Sequence record: OR067838.1
Reading direction: 5' to 3' (one strand)
DNA from: Escherichia phage KKP 3954
Length of the DNA: 64,000 nucleotides
Shown: in pieces, positions 38,232-47,652 of the stretch
Numbering within the stretch: position 1 is the stretch's first letter
Layout: every line of letters starts with the position of its first letter
Notes under the pieces: model-generated
What the model saw: only the letters and a program-made list of their open reading frames with translations
Databases searched by the model: none
Told to the model about the DNA's origin: nothing
Translations under genes and position numbers: made by a program

Positions 38232-39346
38232 TGCAACAAACAAATCAAACGCTGTATGGTAAAGATTCAAAAGGAAAACTTAAACAGTGGACAGTGTATA
38301 CAGATGGTGCAGTTGTTACTGTAGCTCATGGAAGGGTAGGTGGAAAAATCACAGAAAAATCTTATACAGCAGAAGCAAAAAACATTGGTCGTTCCAATGA
38401 AACAACACCGGAAGAACAAGCTGAACTTGAAGCTTTTGCCAAATGGACAAAACAGTTAAAGAATGGCTATTATAAAACAAAAGAAGAAGCTGAAAACCAT
38501 GTTCCTTCTACACCAATGAAATGCCAGGATTATAAAGATTATCCTGAAAGGGTTGTGTTCCCTGGTTATGCACAATACAAACTGAACGGGTTACGTTCTA
38601 TGATTAACATGAAAGGGGAGTGTTTATCAAAAGCTGGGGAAGTGTATAACCTGCCACCTCATTGGGAAGGTATTCCAAACTTTATTAGTGAAGTTGTTGG
38701 TCATCCTCTTGATGGTGAAGTGTTTGCTGGGTTAGGTGTCCTTAGTCTGCAACAAATTAACAGTGCCTGGAAGAAGCATAATGCAAATACACCTTTGCTG
38801 AATTATTACGTATACGATATTCCAGTTCCAGATCTACCGTTTGAAAAACGTGTTGATGTTCTGGCTGCTCTTAAGGCAGTAGTGGAAGATTATGGTCTTG
38901 ATGAGCTTATTTGTGTAGTTCATACAGAGTATATTGAAAACCAAGAACAGTTTGATGCTTTCTATGAAAAAGCTTTACTTGAAAAGGCTGAAGGTGTAGT
39001 ATATCGTAATGCTCGCGGAGTTTACGAATTTGATAAACGTTCTTATGACGTTATTAAACGTAAGCCTCGCCACACCCTTGAAGTTAAAGTAACAAATTCA
39101 AAAAGTGATAAAAATGGCGATGGAGTGTTGACAGGTGAGATGGAAAATGGTAAAGTAGTCGAATTCTTAATGCGTAAAGATGCTCATGAGACTATCAATT
39201 ATCGTAAAGCAGAGAATGCTTCTACCTTGATTAATCAGTTCGTTGAAATAGAGTATGAAGAATTTTCAGATGAAGGTATTCCAACAAAACCTGTTGGTGT
39301 TCGTATTCGAGAAATGATCCCAGGCACTTGGGAACCAGCAGAATAA
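38219..39346 (+). CDS. ATP-dependent DNA ligase
   Basis: Motif I KLNGLR, motif IV EGVVYR, downstream KRK. Confidence 0.55.
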   Translation: MGGLMQQTNQTLYGKDSKGKLKQWTVYTDGAVVTVAHGRVGGKITEKSYTAEAKNIGRSNETTPEEQAELEAFAKWTKQLKNGYYKTKEEAENHVPSTPMKCQDYKDYPERVVFPGYAQYKLNGLRSMINMKGECLSKAGEVYNLPPHWEGIPNFISEVVGHPLDGEVFAGLGVLSLQQINSAWKKHNANTPLLNYYVYDIPVPDLPFEKRVDVLAALKAVVEDYGLDELICVVHTEYIENQEQFDAFYEKALLEKAEGVVYRNARGVYEFDKRSYDVIKRKPRHTLEVKVTNSKSDKNGDGVLTGEMENGKVVEFLMRKDAHETINYRKAENASTLINQFVEIEYEEFSDEGIPTKPVGVRIREMIPGTWEPAE

Positions 39347-39355
39347 GGAGGAAAA

Positions 39356-39550
39356 ATGTTCTTAGCCATTCTAATCGTTTTCAGTGTGCTTTCTTTTTAT
39401 TGTATGAATGCTTCTGAAAACTTTCCTAAGAATTCAAAGAAAAGAACCGTATGTATTGCGATTGATTCATGTATGTCTGGAGTTGGGTATGCGGTAGTTT
39501 CTTGTTTCTTAGCTTATCATTGTGCAAAATACCTGGAGGCATTTTTATGA
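39356..39550 (+). CDS. small membrane protein
   Basis: 64 aa, hydrophobic. Confidence 0.25.
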   Translation: MFLAILIVFSVLSFYCMNASENFPKNSKKRTVCIAIDSCMSGVGYAVVSCFLAYHCAKYLEAFL

Positions 39551-39729
39551 TAATTTTAGCAACAATTCTTATGATGTTGATAGCCATTGCTATTGTAATT
39601 CTGGCATCTTTTCCGGCGGATAAATGGTATTTCAATATTCCACGTATGCTTGTTTTCGGTTTCGCAGGAATTTACATGGGTGAGACTGTAGTAAATATTA
39701 GCAACTTTCTAGAAAGCTATTTTAAATAA
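39547..39729 (+). CDS. small membrane protein
   Basis: ATG overlaps previous stop (ATGA); two hydrophobic helices. Confidence 0.3.
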   Translation: MIILATILMMLIAIAIVILASFPADKWYFNIPRMLVFGFAGIYMGETVVNISNFLESYFK

Positions 39730-39738
39730 GGAGTTATA

Positions 39739-40464
39739 ATGATCGAGAATTTTTTTAAAGATATTAAATTCGATACTGAATTTTTCAAAAATGCAGCAAA
39801 GCACGTGATTGACTGGAATGCCAAAGCACGAGGTGGTGAACAACCGGAATTCACTCAAGAGCTATTTATGTCCCAAATCGGGTTCGTTCGTGAAGAGCTT
39901 AAAGAGTATGAAACAGCCGCGAAAGTAAACGATCATGTAGAACTCTTGGATGCAGCAGCGGATATTTTTGTAGTATCAAGTTATCTGACTTACATGTTCT
40001 TTGGTGAAGAACATACGATGAATTTCTTGGACTATGCTGTAGGCGATGTTTTTACTCCAACTGTGTATACTGATTTTGATGCTTTGGAACAAACATTTAC
40101 AGAGCCAGTTCAAATGGCACTAATGGCTGCTGGTATTATGCGTATGTCTCGTGACACTCTAATCCGTTCAAAATATCCAGAAAAGAAAGTTATTAAAGAG
40201 GTATTGAAAAGTAATGATTCCAAGTATCCAACTAAACAACAGTTGCTGAAAACTTGGAAAACTTCAGATATCGATTCAGCCATTGCACAAGAATGCACTG
40301 CAATTGAAGAACGAAATGCCAATCGTCCAGAAGGAGCATACACTGGTGTTCATGCTGTTTATAATGAAAAACAGAAAGTGTATGTGTTCTTTGATGATAA
40401 AGGTAAGATCATGAAACCATCGACCTTTGTCAAACCTAATATTGCAGGTATTATTAATAAGTAA
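39739..40464 (+). CDS. MazG-like NTP pyrophosphohydrolase
   Basis: EELKEYETAAKVNDHVELLDAAADIFVV resembles the MazG EExxE...D motif. Confidence 0.35.
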   Translation: MIENFFKDIKFDTEFFKNAAKHVIDWNAKARGGEQPEFTQELFMSQIGFVREELKEYETAAKVNDHVELLDAAADIFVVSSYLTYMFFGEEHTMNFLDYAVGDVFTPTVYTDFDALEQTFTEPVQMALMAAGIMRMSRDTLIRSKYPEKKVIKEVLKSNDSKYPTKQQLLKTWKTSDIDSAIAQECTAIEERNANRPEGAYTGVHAVYNEKQKVYVFFDDKGKIMKPSTFVKPNIAGIINK

Positions 40465-40520
40465 TGTTGTAAGCCGCCCTTTATGGGCGGTAATGTGAGA
40501 TGTATTAAATAGGAGGAAAC

Positions 40521-41399
40521 ATGTTTGTAAAATCTTTTAAATCCGCTCTGCCTATGGTTGTTGGTGACAATGCTTCTGTAGCATCCCTTAACAGCATTAC
40601 AGATATTCCTCTGGAATTTGTAACAGCAGAAGGCTCCCAGTCACACACTATCGGTCTTGTTCGTTTCGAAGATGACTCTAAATTTGTAAAAGAGTTTTCA
40701 GATCTTGAACTGCTTAATGTAGGTCAATCTGTGAAGAAGGTAGATAAAAAGAAAGTTAAACGTATTCTGAATGAACGTCTAGAAGAAATGCGTCAGGACA
40801 TGGAGAGCGAAGGTAAAGAGTTTTATGTCGATAAAGAAGTAGTCAAAGCAATGAAGGAAGATATTGAATTTGCACTATTGCCTGAAACAGAACCTGAAGA
40901 TTTCTTTAACTATGTTGTCTTGGATAAAACTACGAATCTTCTTTATGTTCTTAATGGAAGTAAAAAGGTTGCAGAAGAGATTACTTCTTTCCTCCGTTCC
41001 GTTCTGGGGACTTTCCCTTCGGTAGGTTTTAGTGTGCACGAAGAAGCTATTGTAAAAGGTTTTGGTGAATTGCTGGAGAATCACGAAGCAGATCGTATTA
41101 CTCTCGGAAATTATATCAAAATGGAGGATAGCGAGGGCGTTGTTGTTTGGAGTAAAGAATCTCTATACGAGTCTAAAGCTGTCGAACTAAAAGAAGATGG
41201 TAAAGATGTGGTTGCAATTGGTCTTGAATATGACGGTGTTGTAGATTTTGTAGTGGATAAAGAGTTTAAACTTTCTAAACTACGTTTTCCGAAATATTTT
41301 GCAGACGAAGAAGGTAGTATTGAAGCTTCAGTTCTTCTGTGCTTCAATGAGATTCGAGGTCTGATGGAAGATTTAACCAAAGCAACAATCCTTAAATAA
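40521..41399 (+). CDS. RdgC-like recombination-associated protein
   Basis: LLYVLNGSKKVAEEITSFLRSVLGTFP parallels RdgC; about 300 aa, acidic. Confidence 0.4.
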   Translation: MFVKSFKSALPMVVGDNASVASLNSITDIPLEFVTAEGSQSHTIGLVRFEDDSKFVKEFSDLELLNVGQSVKKVDKKKVKRILNERLEEMRQDMESEGKEFYVDKEVVKAMKEDIEFALLPETEPEDFFNYVVLDKTTNLLYVLNGSKKVAEEITSFLRSVLGTFPSVGFSVHEEAIVKGFGELLENHEADRITLGNYIKMEDSEGVVVWSKESLYESKAVELKEDGKDVVAIGLEYDGVVDFVVDKEFKLSKLRFPKYFADEEGSIEASVLLCFNEIRGLMEDLTKATILK

Positions 41400-41403
41400 G
41401 TTC

Positions 41404-41432
41404 TTGACTTGCGGGATTAGTTATGATATTAT
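41404..41432 (+). promoter_or_regulatory. sigma70-like promoter
   Basis: TTGACT, 17-nt spacer, TATTAT. Confidence 0.45.
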
Positions 41433-41461
41433 GCCTACCTACTTAATGAGGTAGGCTTTTT
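41433..41461 (+). terminator. rho-independent terminator
   Basis: GCCTACCT/AGGTAGGC hairpin plus TTTTT. Confidence 0.45.
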
Positions 41462-41471
41462 AGGAGGCGTT

Positions 41472-41681
41472 ATGAAAAAGATTCTGACAGTCGTTCTTTT
41501 AGCTTTTAGTTTCACAGTAGCAGCAGGTCAAATTACTTTAATCTTGTCTGATTCTGAAGTTAATGGCAACACAAAATATTGCTACTATTCTAACGCTAAC
41601 CAAGATGAAGTTATAGCAATCCCGAAAAGTCGTCAATGTCCGTATACTAAAACATTCTCAACAGAGGATGACGATGAATAA
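41472..41681 (+). CDS. small secreted protein
   Basis: N-terminal signal-like MKKILTVVLLAFSFTVAAG. Confidence 0.3.
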   Translation: MKKILTVVLLAFSFTVAAGQITLILSDSEVNGNTKYCYYSNANQDEVIAIPKSRQCPYTKTFSTEDDDE

Positions 41682-42122
41682 TTAGGGGGAAATATTAGCG
41701 GTTATATTTTAATTAAACCTGAAGATCTTCATTTATATGTCAACGAAGAAACAATAGCTGCAATTGATTATGATCAGATCGCTTTCCAAGCAGCGTCTGC
41801 ATTAGAGAAAAGAACAATCATTGCGAAGCACATCCCTTCGGGTGCTCAAAAGGAATTTAAAAATAAGACAGAGTTTTGGGGTAAAAGCAAGACTAAAATT
41901 GGAGGTTGGCTAGGAGATACAAATGCAGAAAGAGCCTCCAAAAACAAACGTCCCTTCACAAAGGAAGAGTTCGAAATCATTGATAAGCAATACCCGCCAG
42001 AAGATATCGGACACACCTTCCAAGCAGCTAAAACAAAAGTCTTAGGTATTCTAAAACATCTACGTTTAGAAAAATATTGCGGAGTTATTGGCGTAGGAAA
42101 AACTTTCAGACACGCCTTCAAA

Positions 42123-42812
42123 ATGCCCGTAGAATATAAATCTGAACGGTTAGATATCAAACCACTTCAGCTTTCAGAAACCAAAGATTATCTTGTGGAA
42201 TTCCACAATGGTGATGTTGTTACTGTAATAGAGGCTGACGATGAGTTGGAGAAATATGGTTTCCAGGGTTATAAAGATTATAAAAGGACGGGTAAATTTT
42301 CTTATATCGTAGTGTCTATCGATAAAGATAGTTTACATACTCCTAGTATCCTTTTTAATTTCTACAAAGAAGATGGAGTCTTTAAAAACCCAGATATAAT
42401 TCTTATTGATGAATCTATTGGCGACATATGGATCGTAGATAAAGGTAAAAAGAAAGAAGTTAAAGGTTGGGGCAGTTACTGGTTAGCATATCAAATGCTA
42501 ATGGGAGATAAAACAGATAGTATCCGACCTTATCAAGATTTTGATATTAAGTTTGGAGATATTACTTGTTTTAATCTTCTTTCAGCTTGTAAAACTCAAG
42601 CAGAGCTTTTCCAAACAGTTAAAGATACTTACTACTCATGGTTCCCAGATGGTGTTAATTTTACTTCTTGGGATGGAGAAGAAGTCCATATGACAACAGA
42701 TGAATGGATAGAAACAATTTTCCAGTTGGTATACATGAAACGCTGGGATAATGACGATACAACATTTGAGAGTATGCTTCAGTCATACATCTCACAACAG
42801 GAGGCAGAGTGA
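42123..42812 (+). CDS. hypothetical protein; open frame extends upstream to 41682 without canonical start
   Basis: Same frame is stop-free for 377 codons from 41682; strong SD AGGGGGA at 41683-41689. Confidence 0.35.
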   Translation: MPVEYKSERLDIKPLQLSETKDYLVEFHNGDVVTVIEADDELEKYGFQGYKDYKRTGKFSYIVVSIDKDSLHTPSILFNFYKEDGVFKNPDIILIDESIGDIWIVDKGKKKEVKGWGSYWLAYQMLMGDKTDSIRPYQDFDIKFGDITCFNLLSACKTQAELFQTVKDTYYSWFPDGVNFTSWDGEEVHMTTDEWIETIFQLVYMKRWDNDDTTFESMLQSYISQQEAE

Positions 42813-43459
42813 GCAGATTAACAGAAGAGCAGAAAGCAGATATCCTTAGTATGAGTGCAGAGGGTATGTCTTCTCGCAATATTGCAGCAATTGTTTTAGG
42901 TAGTCCAACAAGAAAAAGCACAGTAAATGATTTCCTTGCACGTTTCGGTGCAAGTAAACAAGAGCCAGTTAAAAAGAAACAACCAGTTATTAAAATTATT
43001 GATGTTGAAACTGCACCAGAGATTGCATATACTTTCCGTCGATTCAAAGCCTTCATTTCTCCAGACCAGGTAATTCGTAGGGGTTATTTGTTATCTTACT
43101 CTTCTGCTGATTTGTATACAGGTGAAGTAGAAGGTAAGAACTTATCTTCTTATCCTCTTTTCGATATCGATCATACAGACGATTGGGAGCTTTGCCAAGA
43201 TCTTTGGAACCTTCTGAATGAGGCAGATGTAGTTGTGGCACACAACGGGTATAAGTTTGACCGTGCATACATTAACCAACGATTTGCATATCACGATATG
43301 GCTCCTCCTTCTAATTATGTAGTTGTTGATACATTGAAGGCAGCTAAGAAACAATTTGCACTTCCTTCCAACTCCCTTAAAGAAATGGGAGCATATTTCG
43401 AAACAGAAAGTGAAAAACTGGATAACGAGGGGTTCCCCTTTATGGAAAGCATGTTGTGA
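42809..43459 (+). CDS. DnaQ-like 3'-5' exonuclease, N-terminal part
   Basis: Exo I IDVETAP, Exo II AHNGYKFD; N-terminal HTH-like segment. Confidence 0.5.
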   Translation: MSRLTEEQKADILSMSAEGMSSRNIAAIVLGSPTRKSTVNDFLARFGASKQEPVKKKQPVIKIIDVETAPEIAYTFRRFKAFISPDQVIRRGYLLSYSSADLYTGEVEGKNLSSYPLFDIDHTDDWELCQDLWNLLNEADVVVAHNGYKFDRAYINQRFAYHDMAPPSNYVVVDTLKAAKKQFALPSNSLKEMGAYFETESEKLDNEGFPFMESML

Positions 43460-43769
43460 AGGTGATCGTGATGCTTTTGAACGTATGCAGATTTACAATG
43501 ATGGCGATGTTGTTTCACTCCGTGATTTGTATATGAAAATCCTTCCGTGGATTCCACAGCATCCTAACTTATCCGCTTATTACCCAGATGAGAAGGTCCG
43601 TTGTTCTCGTTGTGGCAGTGATCACGTTCACGTTGTTACTGGTAAACAATACCACACTGCGGTAAGTTCTTTCGATATCATTCGTTGTGAATCTTGCGGA
43701 GGTTTGTCACGTAGTAGAGCAAACACCAGATCCAAGGATAAACGAGCAGCAACTATCATCGGAATCTAA
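43356..43769 (+). CDS. DnaQ-like exonuclease, C-terminal part after frameshift
   Basis: Exo III YNDGD then Cys4 zinc ribbon; frames meet at GGGG/CCCC runs near 43420-43430. Confidence 0.45.
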   Translation: MHFLPTPLKKWEHISKQKVKNWITRGSPLWKACCEGDRDAFERMQIYNDGDVVSLRDLYMKILPWIPQHPNLSAYYPDEKVRCSRCGSDHVHVVTGKQYHTAVSSFDIIRCESCGGLSRSRANTRSKDKRAATIIGI

Positions 43770-43775
43770 TAATAA

Positions 43776-43798
43776 GGGAGCTTCTTGCTCCCTTTTTT
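43776..43798 (+). terminator. rho-independent terminator
   Basis: GGGAGC-TTCTT-GCTCCC plus TTTTTT. Confidence 0.6.
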
Positions 43799-43799
43799 A

Positions 43800-43828
43800 T
43801 TGACAAAAATTTGATATTAGTGTATACT
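43800..43828 (+). promoter_or_regulatory. consensus sigma70 promoter
   Basis: TTGACA, 17-nt spacer, TATACT. Confidence 0.55.
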
Positions 43829-43855
43829 CTGCTAACCACAATAAAAGGAGGAAAT

Positions 43856-44083
43856 ATGAGCATTACATTAACAGGTAACGAAATTTTCGAACTGTTTGAA
43901 ATGTTAGGTTTGAACTATACCATCGAGAAAGACCCAGATTTACTTGACGTTGAAATAACAATTCAAGAAGATACAGCAATCTACAATGACGATGGTGATG
44001 TTATCTATCAAGGTAGGGTAGCTTATTATACAGACTACCCAGAAGAAGGCGCAGTAGGAATTCAGGAGGAAAATTATGTCTAA
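43856..44083 (+). CDS. hypothetical protein
   Basis: ATG after GGAGGA RBS. Confidence 0.3.
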   Translation: MSITLTGNEIFELFEMLGLNYTIEKDPDLLDVEITIQEDTAIYNDDGDVIYQGRVAYYTDYPEEGAVGIQEENYV

Positions 44084-44471
44084 TGCTTTTGATAATCAGG
44101 TTGACGGTGATCACTACACAAAAATGGCAATGCAACCTATCGAATTAGCTTATTTGGTTGGTGGCACACCTTGTTTTTGCAAATTGGCAAAATACGCAAC
44201 ACGTATTAAAGGTGAGCGTCAGATTAACCTGGATAAAGCTATCCATTGTATTGAACTGGAAAGAACGCTCATGGAAAATAACACGTATATGGTTCGTGAA
44301 AATTATCCGTCTATGACTAGTGCAGCTAAACATGATCAAGCTATGCTTCTTATCGATTTCTTCACAAAAGATCCTTTAATCCGAGTAGCACTGAAACACA
44401 TGTATAACTCTTCTTATGTAGATGCAATCGAAGCTATTAAACAACTTAAGGAACGTATTAGTGGCGAGTAA
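44076..44471 (+). CDS. phage protein, DUF3310-like
   Basis: VDGDHY ... MQPIELAY ... AKYATRIKG pattern. Confidence 0.3.
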   Translation: MSNAFDNQVDGDHYTKMAMQPIELAYLVGGTPCFCKLAKYATRIKGERQINLDKAIHCIELERTLMENNTYMVRENYPSMTSAAKHDQAMLLIDFFTKDPLIRVALKHMYNSSYVDAIEAIKQLKERISGE

Positions 44472-44644
44472 TACTAAACAATATGGAGCAGGAGAAGTTT
44501 ATAAAATATTCAACCGCAAAGGTGATAAACTTTTACTAACTTTGACTATTCCAGAAACAATGTGCAAGGCGGGGTTAGACCGCCTTTTGTTTTTTAAACA
44601 TAATATCCCACCAGGGGAATATACAGCTAAAAAGGTGAGCAATA

Positions 44645-45220
44645 TTGGCAGGTGAACCAAAAATAATGTGGGGTGAAGGAACACCCTGGAAAACACAAGC
44701 TGAATTTTATACTTATCTTAGGGGATGTTTTAGAAAAGCATGGATGAGACACCCTAATAAAATTAAGGTTATCAATGCAAGGCGTTTTAAAGTTGATCGT
44801 GTAGATAAAGACGGCAATGTAATGATAGACAAGAAAACTGGAAAACCAAAACAAGTTTGGAATTGTGAGTGTGAAATATGTGGACATAGAGGAGGAATGA
44901 AAGACTTCCAAGTGGATCATATTCACGCAGCAAAACAACTTCAATGTTTTGATGATATTCCTCTTTTTGTTTTCCGTTTAATCTATGTGAAAGAAGAAGA
45001 TTTGCGCATGGTTTGTAAATTGTGCAACTCTATTCTTGCTTATGCAGACAAACAAGGTATATCTTTTGAAGAAGCGAAAGCTGAAAAAGAGGCGATAGCT
45101 TTGTGTAGAGCTAAGAAAGATAAAGCTTGGTTGAAGAAGCGTAAAATAGAACCTGAAAGCACAGTAGCAAAACGCCGTAAACAAATAGTCAAAATCCTAT
45201 TGCAGGAAATTGAAAGTTAG
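44645..45220 (+). CDS. HNH endonuclease
   Basis: CECEICGH, VDHIHA, CKLCN arrangement. Confidence 0.5.
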   Translation: MAGEPKIMWGEGTPWKTQAEFYTYLRGCFRKAWMRHPNKIKVINARRFKVDRVDKDGNVMIDKKTGKPKQVWNCECEICGHRGGMKDFQVDHIHAAKQLQCFDDIPLFVFRLIYVKEEDLRMVCKLCNSILAYADKQGISFEEAKAEKEAIALCRAKKDKAWLKKRKIEPESTVAKRRKQIVKILLQEIES

Positions 45221-45256
45221 TATAAGATAACTATACTAAAAGAGAGAGGAGGTTTT

Positions 45257-45865
45257 ATGCAGATAGTATGTGATTGGGATTTAGTTGTGGCTCCGTTAGA
45301 TGTTGCTTGGTTAGAATGGTTGAATAAGATTAGTGGCCTTGGTGTTAAAATCGACACATTCACAAAAAATGCAGATTATGATCTTACCAACTATTTTCCT
45401 GGTTTCAGGGAAGAGTTCAACATAGATCCTTACGGATTTCTGGATAATCCTCATCTCTACGATACAATGGGTTTTGTTCCAGGTATGCCAGATTTCTTAA
45501 AGTATGTTTCAAGGAAAGGTAGCAATCTTTTGATCGCGAGTGTGACAAAAGGTGGTCACTTAAGTTCTAAACATAAACATGTTTTAAGAACATTAGATAC
45601 GATTGATTTTAGCAAAGGATCTGGTAACGGCTTTTTTGCTACGAAAGAAAAATACTTATTACCTTGTGATATAGCAATAGATGACAGGGCTGATAACCTA
45701 TTATATTTTCCAGATGAAGTAGTTAAAATATATTTTAATACACCTTATAAAGATAACCATCTAGAAGAACTAAAGAAAAAACCAAATGTTGTGATCACAG
45801 GTTTAGAAGATCAGTGGCTAACATGTTTGGATGTTTTTAACACTTTGAACAATTTTAAAAACTAA
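45257..45865 (+). CDS. HAD-like hydrolase, possible 5'-deoxynucleotidase
   Basis: N-terminal CDWDLV and later IAIDDRADN; sits upstream of thyX-like. Confidence 0.3.
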   Translation: MQIVCDWDLVVAPLDVAWLEWLNKISGLGVKIDTFTKNADYDLTNYFPGFREEFNIDPYGFLDNPHLYDTMGFVPGMPDFLKYVSRKGSNLLIASVTKGGHLSSKHKHVLRTLDTIDFSKGSGNGFFATKEKYLLPCDIAIDDRADNLLYFPDEVVKIYFNTPYKDNHLEELKKKPNVVITGLEDQWLTCLDVFNTLNNFKN

Positions 45866-45875
45866 GGAGAAAAAA

Positions 45876-46289
45876 ATGACAAAACAGATTTCGGCTAGTA
45901 TTATTGCACATTCCATCACTGAAGACGGAAAAGAGATTGTAACTTTCGAACTTGAATATCCACGTATTATTCATTCAGAACTGATGACTCACCGCCTGTT
46001 CAGTCGTAACGCTGCTTCTAGCCGTGCTATACCTGTTAAAACACTGATCGAAATGGTGCGAAATCAGCCTGCTCGTCCTTATCGTTTTGGTGCTAACCAA
46101 CCTGGTATGCAGGACAAAGGTGTTGACCATGATGCTCTTATTGATGCAGGTTATACTGCTCAAGAGTGGTGGGATCTTGCCGCGCTTAGCGCAGCACGTT
46201 TTGCAGAAGAATTCTCTTTGGCAGGGAATACCACAAACAAGTTGCAAACCGTCTTCTGGAACCTTTCCAACGAATTAAAACAGTTCTGA
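45876..46289 (+). CDS. thyX: flavin-dependent thymidylate synthase ThyX-like, N-terminal part
   Basis: THRLFSRNAASSR fits ThyX (R)HR-x7-S-x-R with Thr for the first Arg. Confidence 0.5.
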   Translation: MTKQISASIIAHSITEDGKEIVTFELEYPRIIHSELMTHRLFSRNAASSRAIPVKTLIEMVRNQPARPYRFGANQPGMQDKGVDHDALIDAGYTAQEWWDLAALSAARFAEEFSLAGNTTNKLQTVFWNLSNELKQF

Positions 46290-46357
46290 CAGCAACAGAA
46301 TATGAAAATTTCTGGTGGCTACGTGATGACAAAGAAGCCGATCCTACTATCGAAGCT

Positions 46358-46876
46358 TTGGCTAAAGAGATGCACAAAGAGTATGAAGAATCTACACCAG
46401 AAGTGCTGAAACCAGGGCAATGGCACACACCTTATGTAGACCATTTCTATGATAATATTGGCACAGAAGGTGACGATCATTTTGTTTTTGGTGGATACTA
46501 CGTTCAAGATGAATCTGGAGAAGTTGTTGTGCTTACTTTGGAAGAAGCTAAAGCTATTTCAGCTTCGTGTTGTGCACAGGTTAGCTATCGTCGTTTGAAT
46601 GCAACTAAAGATAAAGCTTTAGATATTTATGGTCGTTTGCTAACTGGGCGCAAGGTTCATGCTTCTCCATTTGAACATCAAGCCACCCCAATGCAAGAAA
46701 CATGCGAACAATACGGAGAGAACTGTTTTGAAGATTTGTTTATCAATGCTCCTTGGGATTTTAACTCTTGGGAACCAGGTATTACCCATGTAGATCGTAA
46801 TGGTAAGTTTTGGTCTGGCAATTTCAAAGGTTGGATTCAACATCGTCAACTTTTAACAAATCATACTAAATGGTGA
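46358..46876 (+). CDS. thyX: ThyX-like, C-terminal part after frameshift
   Basis: Frame open from 46190; ANRLLEPF...TATEYENFWWLRDDKEADPTI matches ThyX NF-x-LR-xD block. Confidence 0.45.
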   Translation: MAKEMHKEYEESTPEVLKPGQWHTPYVDHFYDNIGTEGDDHFVFGGYYVQDESGEVVVLTLEEAKAISASCCAQVSYRRLNATKDKALDIYGRLLTGRKVHASPFEHQATPMQETCEQYGENCFEDLFINAPWDFNSWEPGITHVDRNGKFWSGNFKGWIQHRQLLTNHTKW

Positions 46877-46892
46877 TCTGTTTAAATAGTTA

Positions 46893-46920
46893 TTGACTTT
46901 AGTATTAGTTTTAGTATAAT
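46893..46920 (+). promoter_or_regulatory. sigma70-like promoter
   Basis: TTGACT, 16-nt spacer, TATAAT. Confidence 0.5.
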
Positions 46921-46941
46921 ATAGCACAATACTGGGAGGAG

Positions 46942-47385
46942 GTGAGTCCTCCCATTCAAAACGAAGGAGAAAATATGTCATTAGTAAATACTACAACTTG
47001 GGCTACCGTAAGCATGTCTACTGTAATGTCTACCCCTATCTGGAAACTAGAATCAAATAAACACAATGGCAATATCCCACACGAGAAACAAAATGCTGTT
47101 ATTAGAGCGTCGCTTGTAATGCTGGGTATGGCTGAAGATTCACACTATTCTGTTGAGCGTAATGTGAATATCCGAAGCAATAACGATAAGCGAGTAGTGT
47201 TTGCAAATACAACGCTTTTCACTTTCCCTGTTTCACCTAATTGTGGTTTTAAACGAATCTATCAAGAAAATGATATTTTTCATTTTGGTGATGAAGAATT
47301 TACAGGTTGGGGTGCGTCACATATTAAGATGGATGATTTCGGTAACTCTTATGATCCTGCGAAAGCAGATGATACTAATCAATGA
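46942..47385 (+). CDS. hypothetical protein
   Basis: 147-aa ORF with RBS AAGGAG. Confidence 0.3.
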   Translation: MSPPIQNEGENMSLVNTTTWATVSMSTVMSTPIWKLESNKHNGNIPHEKQNAVIRASLVMLGMAEDSHYSVERNVNIRSNNDKRVVFANTTLFTFPVSPNCGFKRIYQENDIFHFGDEEFTGWGASHIKMDDFGNSYDPAKADDTNQ

Positions 47386-47636
47386 GAGGGACAATGACTG
47401 ATAATAAATATGAAGGCTGTGAAATCGAAGTCTATTTTGATGAAACTGTTGGTTGTAATGTAACTGTAATTCTAGACACTTCAAAACGTTTATCTCCTAA
47501 AAGACAAGAAGCAGATCGTCGAGCAAAAGCAAAAGGGTTTGATGACATAACTCATTTTGAAGGTTTTCTATATGCTAATGGACTTTTTAATGAAATGAAG
47601 TTCGGTTATGATGTAGATGTTTTGAATATGCATTAA
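47382..47636 (+). CDS. hypothetical protein
   Basis: 84-aa ORF. Confidence 0.3.
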   Translation: MRGTMTDNKYEGCEIEVYFDETVGCNVTVILDTSKRLSPKRQEADRRAKAKGFDDITHFEGFLYANGLFNEMKFGYDVDVLNMH

Positions 47637-47652
47637 TAATAGGGAGGAGAAG

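Noticed and set aside
42809-43769. Exonuclease frameshift as a programmed recoding site.
   Set aside because: Junction is at GGGG/CCCC runs without a slippery heptamer, and similar breaks occur in unrelated genes; sequencing indel is more likely.
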